A stretch of DNA of 64,000 nucleotides, taken from assembly GCA_044227505.1 (NCBI GenBank), contig JBGAWP010000012.1, forward strand, positions 2,946-66,945, in the 5' to 3' direction. The position numbers and the translations under genes are program-made. The stretch comes from Chitinophagales bacterium. GTDB lineage: Bacteria; Bacteroidota; Bacteroidia; Chitinophagales; BACL12. Below are positions 27,200 through 35,653 of the stretch, piece by piece. Positions within the stretch are counted from its first letter, which is position 1; every line of letters starts with the position of its first letter. The notes under the pieces are model-generated. The model was not told where the DNA came from and did not search any database. It worked only from the letters and a program-made list of their open reading frames with translations.

Positions 27200-27583
27200 A
27201 TGACAACAATAAAAAAGGCAGGAATTTGGATGGATCATGCAAATGCACACACATTTGAATTTACCGACGATGCAAGAAAGGTTGAATCTGTGGAATCAGA
27301 ATTCACTCCTGAAGTTAAGGAAGAAGTTTTGTCAAAAGGCGAATCGCACATGCATAATAAAGAGCAAAATAAACAGTCGGATTTTTACAAAAAAATAAGT
27401 CAGTATATACTTCAATATAATGAAGTTCTATTATTTGGACCCACCAATGCAAAATCCGAATTATTCAACATTCTCAGGGAGGATCATCGTTATGAAAAGA
27501 TCAAAATTGAAATTAAACAGTCTGAAAAAATGACAGATAACCAAATGGAAGCATTTGTAAGGAATCATTTTAAAACTTCCTAA
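27200..27583 (+). CDS. conserved hypothetical protein, paralog of 18581..19006 (possible aeRF1/host-attachment-like fold)
   Basis: 127 aa with GIWMDHANAH and VLLFGPTNAKSELFNIL..D motifs shared with the paralog. Confidence 0.5.
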   Translation: MTTIKKAGIWMDHANAHTFEFTDDARKVESVESEFTPEVKEEVLSKGESHMHNKEQNKQSDFYKKISQYILQYNEVLLFGPTNAKSELFNILREDHRYEKIKIEIKQSEKMTDNQMEAFVRNHFKTS

Positions 27584-27663
27584 ACCAGTTGATCAAGTTA
27601 TTCTTTCGCAATAAATTCCCCTCTTCGGCATTTGATCAAATGTAATTTAAAGTCAACAATTTG

Positions 27664-27671
27664 TAAATTTG
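27664..27671 (+). promoter_or_regulatory. candidate Bacteroidota -7 promoter box (TAnnTTTG)
   Basis: TAAATTTG matches the TAnnTTTG consensus and ends 3 nt before the ATG at 27675. This implies either a leaderless transcript or use of the downstream ATG at 27717. Confidence 0.3.
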
Positions 27672-27674
27672 CAT

Positions 27675-28298
27675 ATGCAAGAAAACAAATTTCCGGAGTT
27701 GAGTTACACCGGACCAATGAAAGAGGTGCTTTTATCTTACGGGTTCTCTAAAGTATTTCAGGAAGGAGACATAATTTTAAATGAAAATGCATATATAAAA
27801 GCAATCCCAATTGTTACCAATGGAAGTATAAGAGTAATGCGCACTGATGAAGAAGGAAGGGAGATATTGTTGTATTATATCACTGCTGGCGAAAGTTGTA
27901 TCATGTCATTTTTAGGTGGCATACACCACGACACAAGCAAAGTAAAAGCAATTGCGGAGGAGGAAACAGAAATTTTGTTTATTCCGGTTGAAAAGGTTAG
28001 TATTCTCATCAGAGAATATCCTGAATGGCTCGACTATATTTTCAGGCTTTATCATAAAAGATTTGAAGAACTTCTGGAAGTGGTAAATGCCGTTGCTTTT
28101 AAAAAAATGGATGAACGACTATTGGATTTTATAAAGAAAAAATGCTCACTTACCAAAAGTCAAACATTATTTGTTACCCACGAACAATTGGCAAATGAAT
28201 TAGGCACCGCCAGAGTTGTGGTCTCCAGACTACTCAAACAAATGGAGGAACAGAAAATTGTAAGTCTCGGGAGAAATAAAATAGTATTACTCCCCTGA
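27675..28298 (+). CDS. Crp/Fnr family transcriptional regulator
   Basis: It has a cNMP-binding-like beta-barrel (F.EGDIIL.EN......PIV..G.IRV.R.DEEGREILLYYI..GESC) and the C-terminal HTH THEQLANELGTARVVVSRLLKQMEE. The start is ambiguous (27669 TTG, 27675 ATG or 27717 ATG). Confidence 0.8.
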   Translation: MQENKFPELSYTGPMKEVLLSYGFSKVFQEGDIILNENAYIKAIPIVTNGSIRVMRTDEEGREILLYYITAGESCIMSFLGGIHHDTSKVKAIAEEETEILFIPVEKVSILIREYPEWLDYIFRLYHKRFEELLEVVNAVAFKKMDERLLDFIKKKCSLTKSQTLFVTHEQLANELGTARVVVSRLLKQMEEQKIVSLGRNKIVLLP

Positions 28299-28478
28299 CC
28301 TGGTTTTCAATTCTAATACCTCTTACGGATACCTATGCAACCCATTTTCATATAAAGGTCTGGTTCCACACACTTTTTTGTGAAAAGTTATTGACTTAAG
28401 TAACAAAAGTCACTGTATAGCCATTGATTTTACCCCAATTTTGCTTCATAATAAATTCTTAACTATAAATTTATAAAT

Positions 28479-28697
28479 ATGAAAACAAATATGGGAACTG
28501 CGGATAAAGTGATCAGAATACTTATCGCTATTGTAATTGCAGTACTTTATTTCACTGATCAAATTTCAGGAACTGCGGCAATTATCCTCTTAATAATAGC
28601 CGGTATATTTATCCTGACCAGTTTTATAGGCTTTTGCCCTTTATACTGGCCATTTGGTATTTCTACGCGCAAAAAACAAGCAAAACAAGGTTCTTAA
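28479..28697 (+). CDS. DUF2892 (YgaP-like) membrane protein
   Basis: 72 aa. N.G..DKVIRILIAIVI and the FIGFCPLY motif are typical of DUF2892, which is commonly linked to rhodanese genes. Confidence 0.7.
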   Translation: MKTNMGTADKVIRILIAIVIAVLYFTDQISGTAAIILLIIAGIFILTSFIGFCPLYWPFGISTRKKQAKQGS

Positions 28698-28859
28698 TAT
28701 CTTGACGGTGGTTTTATTTTCAATAATTCGGAAGATTAAATTTTCGGATGCTTTTATTTATTTATAGAAATCGAACTGAAATGAATTATCACTGTGTAAC
28801 AAATGTAGCCTAGTGATAAAAACAGCAGTAATAACTTTGCAATATCAAAAAAAAATTAA

Positions 28860-30194
28860 ATGAAAATCAAACAATTTGAAGATAAAAACCTTGCACATTA
28901 TTCCTACGTAATAATCGATAAAGGAGAAATTGCTCTTATTGACCCTGCCCGAGATCCAAGACCATACTTTGATCTTGCTAAAAAGGAAGGAGCCGTAATA
29001 ACAACCATTATAGAAACACACCCGCATGCCGATTTTATAAGCAGTCATTTGGAAATTCATAAAAAAACCGGTGCTACTATTTATATATGCAAATTAGCAG
29101 GAGCGGAATATCCACATCAAACATTCGATGATGGTGATGCAATTATTTTAGGTGATGTTGCTTTAAGATCAATAAATACTCCCGGACATTCACCGGATAG
29201 TATCAGTATTGTTCTCATTGATTCTGAGGGAAAAGAAAAAGCAGTATTTACCGGAGATACTTTATTTATTGGTGATTGTGGCCGGCCTGATCTAAGAGAA
29301 AAAGCCGGCGCCATTACTGCAACCAGAACAGAGCTGGCAATTCAAATGTATCATTCTCTTCGCGACAAACTAATGTTGTTATCAGATGATGTATTGGTAT
29401 ATCCTGCACATGGCGCAGGAAGTTTATGTGGCAAAGGATTGAGCGATCAAAAGGTAAGCACCATCGGTGCAGAAAAACGGGATAACTGGAGTTTAAAGAA
29501 TATGTCTCAAGAAGAGTTTATAACAGAATTGTTGAGAGATCAACCATTTATTCCTAAATATTTTACTTATGATGTAGAACTTAATAAAAAAGGTGCTGGA
29601 TCCTTTGAGGAAAGTATTAATAAAATTCCTAACAGAGAACCTGTTACCTGCCAAAATTGTGCAAAATCACTTAATCCTGATATTCTGATCGTTGATACAC
29701 GTCCACAATTACAATATAAAAAATCACATTTAAAAAATACAATAAACTTGCCGAACGACACCAAATTTGAAACCTGGTTAGGAAGTATAGTTGCACCACG
29801 TGAAAAATTTTATCTGCTCGCAGAAAACGAAGCAGTATTAAATGAATTGATAGAAAGAATTGCGAAAATTGGATATGAATCAAATATTGAATTGGCCTTT
29901 GTTTCGGAATTCGGTGCCACTAAGTCACCTCTTTTTGATGCAGAGGAATTAAAAAAGCAGGAAAATGCATTTACCATAGTAGATAAGATCCAAAAAATCT
30001 TTAAGAACGCAATAAACATTCCACTATATGAACTTCGGGAACGAGCCGACGAAATCCCTGTAAACAAACCAATTGTTGTTCATTGTGCAGGGGGATATCG
30101 CAGCGCAGCAGGAAGCAGCATTTTGAAAAACAAATTAAACGGTCATGCAATAATTTTTGATTTAAGTGAAGCTGTAAAACAATTTCAAAAGTGA
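28860..30194 (+). CDS. MBL-fold hydrolase (persulfide dioxygenase-like) fused to rhodanese domains
   Basis: 444 aa with the metallo-beta-lactamase motif THPHADF, TPGHSPDS and GDTLFIGDCGRPDL. An inactive rhodanese-like domain is followed by an active one with the catalytic loop HCAGGYRS. Confidence 0.8.
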   Translation: MKIKQFEDKNLAHYSYVIIDKGEIALIDPARDPRPYFDLAKKEGAVITTIIETHPHADFISSHLEIHKKTGATIYICKLAGAEYPHQTFDDGDAIILGDVALRSINTPGHSPDSISIVLIDSEGKEKAVFTGDTLFIGDCGRPDLREKAGAITATRTELAIQMYHSLRDKLMLLSDDVLVYPAHGAGSLCGKGLSDQKVSTIGAEKRDNWSLKNMSQEEFITELLRDQPFIPKYFTYDVELNKKGAGSFEESINKIPNREPVTCQNCAKSLNPDILIVDTRPQLQYKKSHLKNTINLPNDTKFETWLGSIVAPREKFYLLAENEAVLNELIERIAKIGYESNIELAFVSEFGATKSPLFDAEELKKQENAFTIVDKIQKIFKNAINIPLYELRERADEIPVNKPIVVHCAGGYRSAAGSSILKNKLNGHAIIFDLSEAVKQFQK

Positions 30195-30397
30195 ATTTTC
30201 TGAAAAAATACAAGCTTGTTATCATAGGTCTATTGCTTGGAGCAGTTGGCGGATATCTATATTACCAATACGTGGGATGTTTGAGTGGAACCTGTTCAAT
30301 AACATCAAACCCCATAAATAGCACACTTTATGGATCGCTTATGGGTGGACTTTTATTGAATTTATTTCAAACTAATAGGTCTGAAACAAAAAAATAA
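30191..30397 (+). CDS. small membrane protein with G-C-x2-G-x-C motif
   Basis: 68 aa. The GTG start overlaps the upstream stop (GTGA). It has two hydrophobic helices flanking VGCLSGTCS. Confidence 0.5.
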   Translation: MNFLKKYKLVIIGLLLGAVGGYLYYQYVGCLSGTCSITSNPINSTLYGSLMGGLLLNLFQTNRSETKK

Positions 30398-30404
30398 TAA
30401 GATC

Positions 30405-32012
30405 ATGAAAAAAACGGTTCTTATAATTCTTTCGATCTCTATTAATTATTTTACTAGTCTCGGTCAAGGTGTAAATTTTACTTTGTTGCTAGAACCCTTT
30501 ACAATTTCAGGTATTCCAGGAGTACAATCTTATGCCTATGGACAATTTGAAGATAAATGGCTGATAGTGGGCGGTAGAATTGATGGACTACATCAAAGGC
30601 AACCCTTTTCATCATTTGATATATTGGGTGAAAATAAAAAACTTCTTGTTATTGCACCACAAACTGGCCAGTTTTGGGAAGCTCCACTTCTTAGTCTTCC
30701 AATATCAATTCAGGAGCAATTAAGTTCCACGAATATGGAATATTTTCAACAGGATAGTATTTTATATTGCATTGGCGGTTATGGATATAGCAACACATCC
30801 GCCGATCATATCACTTATAATTCATTAACTGCAATTAATGTCCCTTTGGTAATAAATGCAATAATAAACGGAATGGATTTCAGCACCGGTTTTCGCCAAA
30901 TAACAGATCCACAATTTGCTGTAACCGGTGGTAGTCTTGATAAGATCAACAATACCTGGTATATATTCGGAGGTCAAAAATTTGATGGTAGTTATAATCC
31001 GATGAATCACCCTACATTCACTCAGGAATACACCAATCAGATAAGAAGGTTTAAATTAAATGATAATGGAACAGATATTATAATCACACATTTTCCCGAC
31101 CTCACTGATGCAGAAAACCTACATAGACGAGATCTTAATGTGGTTCCGCAAATATTGCCAAATGGCGAAGAAGGAATTACAGCTTTTTCCGGAGTATTTC
31201 AACAGGATGTTGATTTACCTTTTTTAAATTGCGTAAATATTGACAGTAACGGATATACTGTAAATGACACATTTTCACAGTACTACAATCATTATCACTG
31301 TGCTGGATTACCCATGTATAGTGAAACAGAAAATGCCATGCATACCATCTTTTTTGGCGGTATTTCACAATTTTACGAAAGTGGGGGGATATTAATTCAG
31401 GATGATAATGTTCCTTTTGTGAAAACTATTGCACGTGTTACACGAAATGAGAGTGGCTTAATGACAGAATTTAAAATGCCCGTTGAAATGCCCGAACTAT
31501 CGGGAAGCAGTGCAGAATTGATACTCACACAAAACATTCCTGTATATAATAATAATGTAATACAATTTGATGCATTAATGGAAGATACATCACTGGTAGG
31601 GTATATATTCGGAGGTATTAACAGCACTGATGAAAATATATTTTTCACTAATACAGGTACAGAAAGCATAGCTAATACAACTTTATATAAAGTATATGTG
31701 ATAAAGAATATTCCTGTTGAGATAGCATCATCAAATGCGGAAAATTCAGGTTCACTTCAAATGCAAATATATCCAAATCCGAGCGATGGCAAATTTGTTA
31801 TAAAATTTAATCTAAGAAACAAATCTGACATTACATTGACTGTAAATGACCTGGATGGAAATGAAATAAAAAGACAAACATTTAATACGTTGCCTGCAGG
31901 AGAAAATAGATTGATCTATACAACGGGGGCAGAACTAAAGGATGCAATTTATATTATAACAATAGAAACTCCTTATGAAAGAACAACTCAAAAGGTCAAT
32001 TTAACACGATGA
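30405..32012 (+). CDS. T9SS-secreted protein, possible Kelch/beta-propeller repeats
   Basis: 535 aa with a signal peptide. Recurrent (I/V)GG motifs (LIVGGRIDG, YCIGGYGY, WYIFGG, TIFFGGIS, GYIFGGIN) suggest propeller blades. The C-terminus has IYPNPSDGKFVIKF...AIYIITIE, a T9SS sorting domain. Confidence 0.6.
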   Translation: MKKTVLIILSISINYFTSLGQGVNFTLLLEPFTISGIPGVQSYAYGQFEDKWLIVGGRIDGLHQRQPFSSFDILGENKKLLVIAPQTGQFWEAPLLSLPISIQEQLSSTNMEYFQQDSILYCIGGYGYSNTSADHITYNSLTAINVPLVINAIINGMDFSTGFRQITDPQFAVTGGSLDKINNTWYIFGGQKFDGSYNPMNHPTFTQEYTNQIRRFKLNDNGTDIIITHFPDLTDAENLHRRDLNVVPQILPNGEEGITAFSGVFQQDVDLPFLNCVNIDSNGYTVNDTFSQYYNHYHCAGLPMYSETENAMHTIFFGGISQFYESGGILIQDDNVPFVKTIARVTRNESGLMTEFKMPVEMPELSGSSAELILTQNIPVYNNNVIQFDALMEDTSLVGYIFGGINSTDENIFFTNTGTESIANTTLYKVYVIKNIPVEIASSNAENSGSLQMQIYPNPSDGKFVIKFNLRNKSDITLTVNDLDGNEIKRQTFNTLPAGENRLIYTTGAELKDAIYIITIETPYERTTQKVNLTR

Positions 32013-32079
32013 TCATAATAAAAATTCGTAATAAAATTTCAATCAAAAAAAATAATAAAAAATCAAAAAAACAAACAAA

Positions 32080-32364
32080 ATGAATATCGTAACTATTCTC
32101 AAAGAAAAAAATGCAAAGATTATTGATGTGAGAACTCCTGTAGAATTTATGAGCGGTAATGTACCCGGATCTGTTAACATTCCTTTACAGGAAATTCCAA
32201 TGCGCGTTGAAGAATTAAAAGAGATAAAAACCCCTATCGTGTTGTGTTGCGCTTCCGGCAACAGAAGCGGACAGGCACAAAGGTTTCTTTCTCAGCTTGG
32301 AATTGAATGTTATAATGGAGGCTCATGGTTAGATGTAAATTATTATTATTCATTAACAGTTTAA
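32080..32364 (+). CDS. single-domain rhodanese-like sulfurtransferase
   Basis: 94 aa. IIDVRTPVEF..G.VPGS.NIPL and the active-site loop CCASGNRS. Confidence 0.8.
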   Translation: MNIVTILKEKNAKIIDVRTPVEFMSGNVPGSVNIPLQEIPMRVEELKEIKTPIVLCCASGNRSGQAQRFLSQLGIECYNGGSWLDVNYYYSLTV

Positions 32365-32374
32365 AATAAATATT

Positions 32375-33064
32375 ATGGATGCAAATGATCAAGTAGTGGC
32401 AATGCCACGAATTGGAGATAAAGCTCCCGCATTTAAAGCAGTAACTACACAAGGTGAAATAAATTTTCCGGAAGATTATAAAGGTAAATGGGTGATTTTT
32501 TTTAGTCACCCTGCCGACTTTACCCCAGTTTGCACTTCCGAATTTATGACCTTCGCGAAGTTAGAATCAGAATTTAATGCCCTGAATTGTCAATTAGTTG
32601 GCTTATCGGTTGATGGACTATTCAGTCATATCGCCTGGCTGAGAACTATCAAAGATAAGATCGAATATAAGGGTATGAAAAATATGGAGGTTAAATTTCC
32701 ATTAATTGAAGACATAACAATGGATGTTGCAAAAAAATACGGCATGATCCAACCCGGTGAAAGTTCAACTAAAGCAGTGAGAGCGGTATTTTTTATTGAT
32801 CCCAAAGGTATGATCCGTGCAATTATTTATTACCCGCTTTCTTTAGGTAGAAATTTTGACGAATTAAAACGCGCCCTTATTGCTATGCAAACAGCAGATA
32901 AACACAGTATAGCAACACCGGCTGACTGGATGCCGGGAGATGATGTAATTATTCCGCCAGCAGGTTCTTGTGGAGTTGCCAAAGAACGAATGGAATCAAA
33001 AAACGGAATGACTTGTCACGACTGGTTTTTCTGTACTAAACCATTAGCCAAAGAATTGGTATAA
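32375..33064 (+). CDS. peroxiredoxin (1-Cys, Prx6-like)
   Basis: 229 aa. It has IGDKAPAF....T.GEI.F.....KWVIFFSHPADFTPVCTSEF and no obvious resolving Cys motif of the AhpC type. Confidence 0.85.
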   Translation: MDANDQVVAMPRIGDKAPAFKAVTTQGEINFPEDYKGKWVIFFSHPADFTPVCTSEFMTFAKLESEFNALNCQLVGLSVDGLFSHIAWLRTIKDKIEYKGMKNMEVKFPLIEDITMDVAKKYGMIQPGESSTKAVRAVFFIDPKGMIRAIIYYPLSLGRNFDELKRALIAMQTADKHSIATPADWMPGDDVIIPPAGSCGVAKERMESKNGMTCHDWFFCTKPLAKELV

Positions 33065-33087
33065 ATCAATAAAAAACTAAATAAAAA

Positions 33088-33405
33088 ATGTTAGAGACTT
33101 TAAAAAAAATATTCGGTATAGGTCCCAAGGTGGATTATGCCGAACTTATAAAGAAGGGTGCTGTAATTTTAGATGTTCGCAGTAAGGGAGAATATGGAAG
33201 CGGACATATAAAAGGTTCAATGAATATTGCCGTTGATCAATTAAGTAGTAATCTCCAAAAATTAAAAGATAAAAATAAACCCGTTATTACCTGTTGCGCA
33301 TCCGGAATGCGGAGTGCCTCGGCTAAAAGTATATTAAAAGCAAACGGTTATACGGAAGTTTATAACGGTGGCAGTTGGATAAGTTTACGAAATAAGTTGT
33401 CATAA
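33088..33405 (+). CDS. single-domain rhodanese-like sulfurtransferase
   Basis: 105 aa. ILDVRSKGEYGSGHIKGSMNI and the active-site loop CCASGMRS. Confidence 0.8.
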   Translation: MLETLKKIFGIGPKVDYAELIKKGAVILDVRSKGEYGSGHIKGSMNIAVDQLSSNLQKLKDKNKPVITCCASGMRSASAKSILKANGYTEVYNGGSWISLRNKLS

Positions 33406-33431
33406 TGTAAAATTGGATTACTTTATAAGTT

Positions 33432-33662
33432 ATGACCTCAATTTTCAGTGATATAAAAATCCCTTTGCTCCTTAGTTTAACCATCGGATTGGCTCCCTTT
33501 TTTCCGGAGCCACATATATGGGGTAAATTACGGTGGATAGCCGGCGGAGCAAATGGAATGCAGCCAATGGATTGGTTTGATGTCGCATTGCACGGATTAC
33601 CATGGTTATGGTTAATTATAATGTTGATTATCAAGGGATATGAAACTTTAAATAAAAAATAA
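33432..33662 (+). CDS. small hypothetical membrane protein
   Basis: 76 aa with two hydrophobic segments. It is kept because it fits the tight operon spacing (26 nt and 48 nt gaps). No family recognised. Confidence 0.4.
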   Translation: MTSIFSDIKIPLLLSLTIGLAPFFPEPHIWGKLRWIAGGANGMQPMDWFDVALHGLPWLWLIIMLIIKGYETLNKK

Positions 33663-33710
33663 ACCTTATTCTAAAGGTATCTATTACTACTAACTTAAAT
33701 TTTTTATTAT

Positions 33711-34178
33711 ATGAATTCCATAGGATTAAATAAAACCAAAAGCAAATCCCTGGCCGGCAAATTAAATGAACTTTTAGCCGATTATATGGTATTTTATCAG
33801 AATACAAGAGGATTACATTGGAATATTAAAGGAGAGAAGTTTTTCGAATTGCATTTAAAATTTGAAGAATTATATACTAACCTTTTACTAAAGGTGGACG
33901 AAGTAGCAGAAAGAATACTTACACTTGGCGCAGTTCCGCTTCACACATTTGAAGATTATAAAAAAACGGCCCAAATTGCTGGCATTAAAGATGTTTCAGA
34001 TGGCAAGGAAGGTGTGAAAAGCATTTTGAAATCATTGGAGATCCTGATCGTAAAACAGCGGATAATTCTAGCCCTTGCAGCAGATGCCGGTGATGAAGGA
34101 ACAAACGCATTAATGAGCGATTATATTCGTGAACAGGAAAAAATGGTTTGGATGTACTCCTCCTACCTCAATAAATAA
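33711..34178 (+). CDS. dps: Dps family DNA-protection/ferroxidase protein
   Basis: 155 aa. LNELLADYMVFYQNTRGLHWNIKGEKFFELHLKFEELY matches the Dps ferroxidase-site helices. Confidence 0.85.
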   Translation: MNSIGLNKTKSKSLAGKLNELLADYMVFYQNTRGLHWNIKGEKFFELHLKFEELYTNLLLKVDEVAERILTLGAVPLHTFEDYKKTAQIAGIKDVSDGKEGVKSILKSLEILIVKQRIILALAADAGDEGTNALMSDYIREQEKMVWMYSSYLNK

Positions 34179-34180
34179 AT

Positions 34181-34429
34181 ATGAAAGAAAAAATATTAAC
34201 CGGCTGGAATTTTCAGAGGGTCCTTTTTCTTGTTTTAGGGGGAATAATTTTATTCACAGCCATTCCAAAAGCCGATTGGATAAGTATTGTTTTTGGCGGA
34301 TACTTTTTTTCCATGGGACTGTTTGCATTTGGTTGCGCCGCAGGAAATTGTTATAACAAAATTCCGGAAAACAAAACGGAGGCCTCAAAAACAGAATTAA
34401 ATGATATTATTTACGAAGAAATTAAATAA
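34181..34429 (+). CDS. small membrane protein with G-C-x2-G-x-C motif
   Basis: 82 aa, starting 2 nt after dps. Two TM helices are followed by FGCAAGNCY. Confidence 0.45.
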   Translation: MKEKILTGWNFQRVLFLVLGGIILFTAIPKADWISIVFGGYFFSMGLFAFGCAAGNCYNKIPENKTEASKTELNDIIYEEIK

Positions 34430-34438
34430 AAAATAACG

Positions 34439-34894
34439 ATGGAACCGCATTATTATAACGTAGAAATTAATTGGAATACAGATCGCAAAGGAATGATGTG
34501 TTCCCCCGAACTGAATTTATCAAATGGCAATATAAACAGTTGTATTGAAGTTGCAACTCCTCCGGAATTTCCAAAGGGAATGCCAGGTATATGGTCGCCT
34601 GAGCATTTGTTCACCGCATCGGTGAGCTCCTGTTTAATGACCACCTTTTTAGCAATTGCTGAGAATTCAAAATTAGAATTTCAAAACTTCCATTGCAACG
34701 CAAAAGGTAAGTTGGAACAAATAGATGGAAAATTCATGATGAGTGAAATAATTCTCGAGCCAATAGTAACTATAAATCAGGAAGCTGATCGAGAAAAAGC
34801 AGAAAGAGTTATTCAAAAATCAGAAGCCGCATGTTTGATCTCCAATTCCATTAAATCGAAAGTAACACTCATTTCAAAAATAATTGTGAAATAA
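34439..34894 (+). CDS. OsmC family protein (peroxiredoxin-like)
   Basis: 151 aa. [19 protein letters not shown] and [12 protein letters not shown] carry the two conserved Cys of OsmC/Ohr. Confidence 0.75.
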   Translation: MEPHYYNVEINWNTDRKGMMCSPELNLSNGNINSCIEVATPPEFPKGMPGIWSPEHLFTASVSSCLMTTFLAIAENSKLEFQNFHCNAKGKLEQIDGKFMMSEIILEPIVTINQEADREKAERVIQKSEAACLISNSIKSKVTLISKIIVK

Positions 34895-35196
34895 TGTCAA
34901 ATTCATTTTCAGACCTCATAAAAGGCGACATCCCGGTACTGGTAGATTTTTCTGCCGAATGGTGTGGACCTTGCAAAATGATGAAACCAATTTTAGAGGA
35001 ATTAAAATCCAAAATTGGCGATAAAGCAAAGATCATAAAAATAGATGTAGATAAGAATCCACAGGTTTCTGAAGCATACCGGATTCAAGGTGTGCCAACT
35101 CTTATTCTCTTTAAAAATGGGGAAATTAAATGGAGGCAATCAGGAGTTTTATCTGCCAATGCACTACAACAAATAATTAATCAACACTCAAATTAA
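34894..35196 (+). CDS. trxA: thioredoxin
   Basis: 100 aa. It has the [16 protein letters not shown] active site and [12 protein letters not shown]. The start overlaps the osmC-like stop (TAATG). Confidence 0.85.
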   Translation: MSNSFSDLIKGDIPVLVDFSAEWCGPCKMMKPILEELKSKIGDKAKIIKIDVDKNPQVSEAYRIQGVPTLILFKNGEIKWRQSGVLSANALQQIINQHSN

Positions 35197-35202
35197 AATT
35201 CA

Positions 35203-35637
35203 ATGAAAAATTACAGTATTCTTTTTTTATCTCTTTTTGTTTTCATTTTTATTGGTTGCACTAATAGTCAGGTAACCGAAACAAACACAACCACTTCGGA
35301 AACTACAAGCCAAACTATAAAAACAGATCTGACTGCGGGAGAATTCGAAACAAATCTTAAAAACAACCCAAATGCGCCGTTAATTGATGTACGCACTGCG
35401 GAAGAGTTTTCCGAAGGTCATTTACAAAATGCGATCAATATCGATTGGAACCTAAACAGTTTTGCAACACAAATTTCAGCTTTGGATAAAACCAAACCTG
35501 TTTATGTGTATTGCCTGAGTGGAAAACGCAGCGGTGCCGCAGCTGATAAAATGCGTGCTGATGGGTTCACAGAGGTATATGAACTTGCAGGTGGTATAAA
35601 ACAATGGCAGGCAGAAAACCGCCCTGTGGTTAAATAA
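35203..35637 (+). CDS. rhodanese-domain lipoprotein
   Basis: 144 aa with lipobox FIFIGC. LIDVRTAEEFSEGHLQNAINI and the active-site loop CLSGKRS. Confidence 0.75.
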   Translation: MKNYSILFLSLFVFIFIGCTNSQVTETNTTTSETTSQTIKTDLTAGEFETNLKNNPNAPLIDVRTAEEFSEGHLQNAINIDWNLNSFATQISALDKTKPVYVYCLSGKRSGAAADKMRADGFTEVYELAGGIKQWQAENRPVVK

Positions 35638-35653
35638 TAAAAAAATAAAAAAG

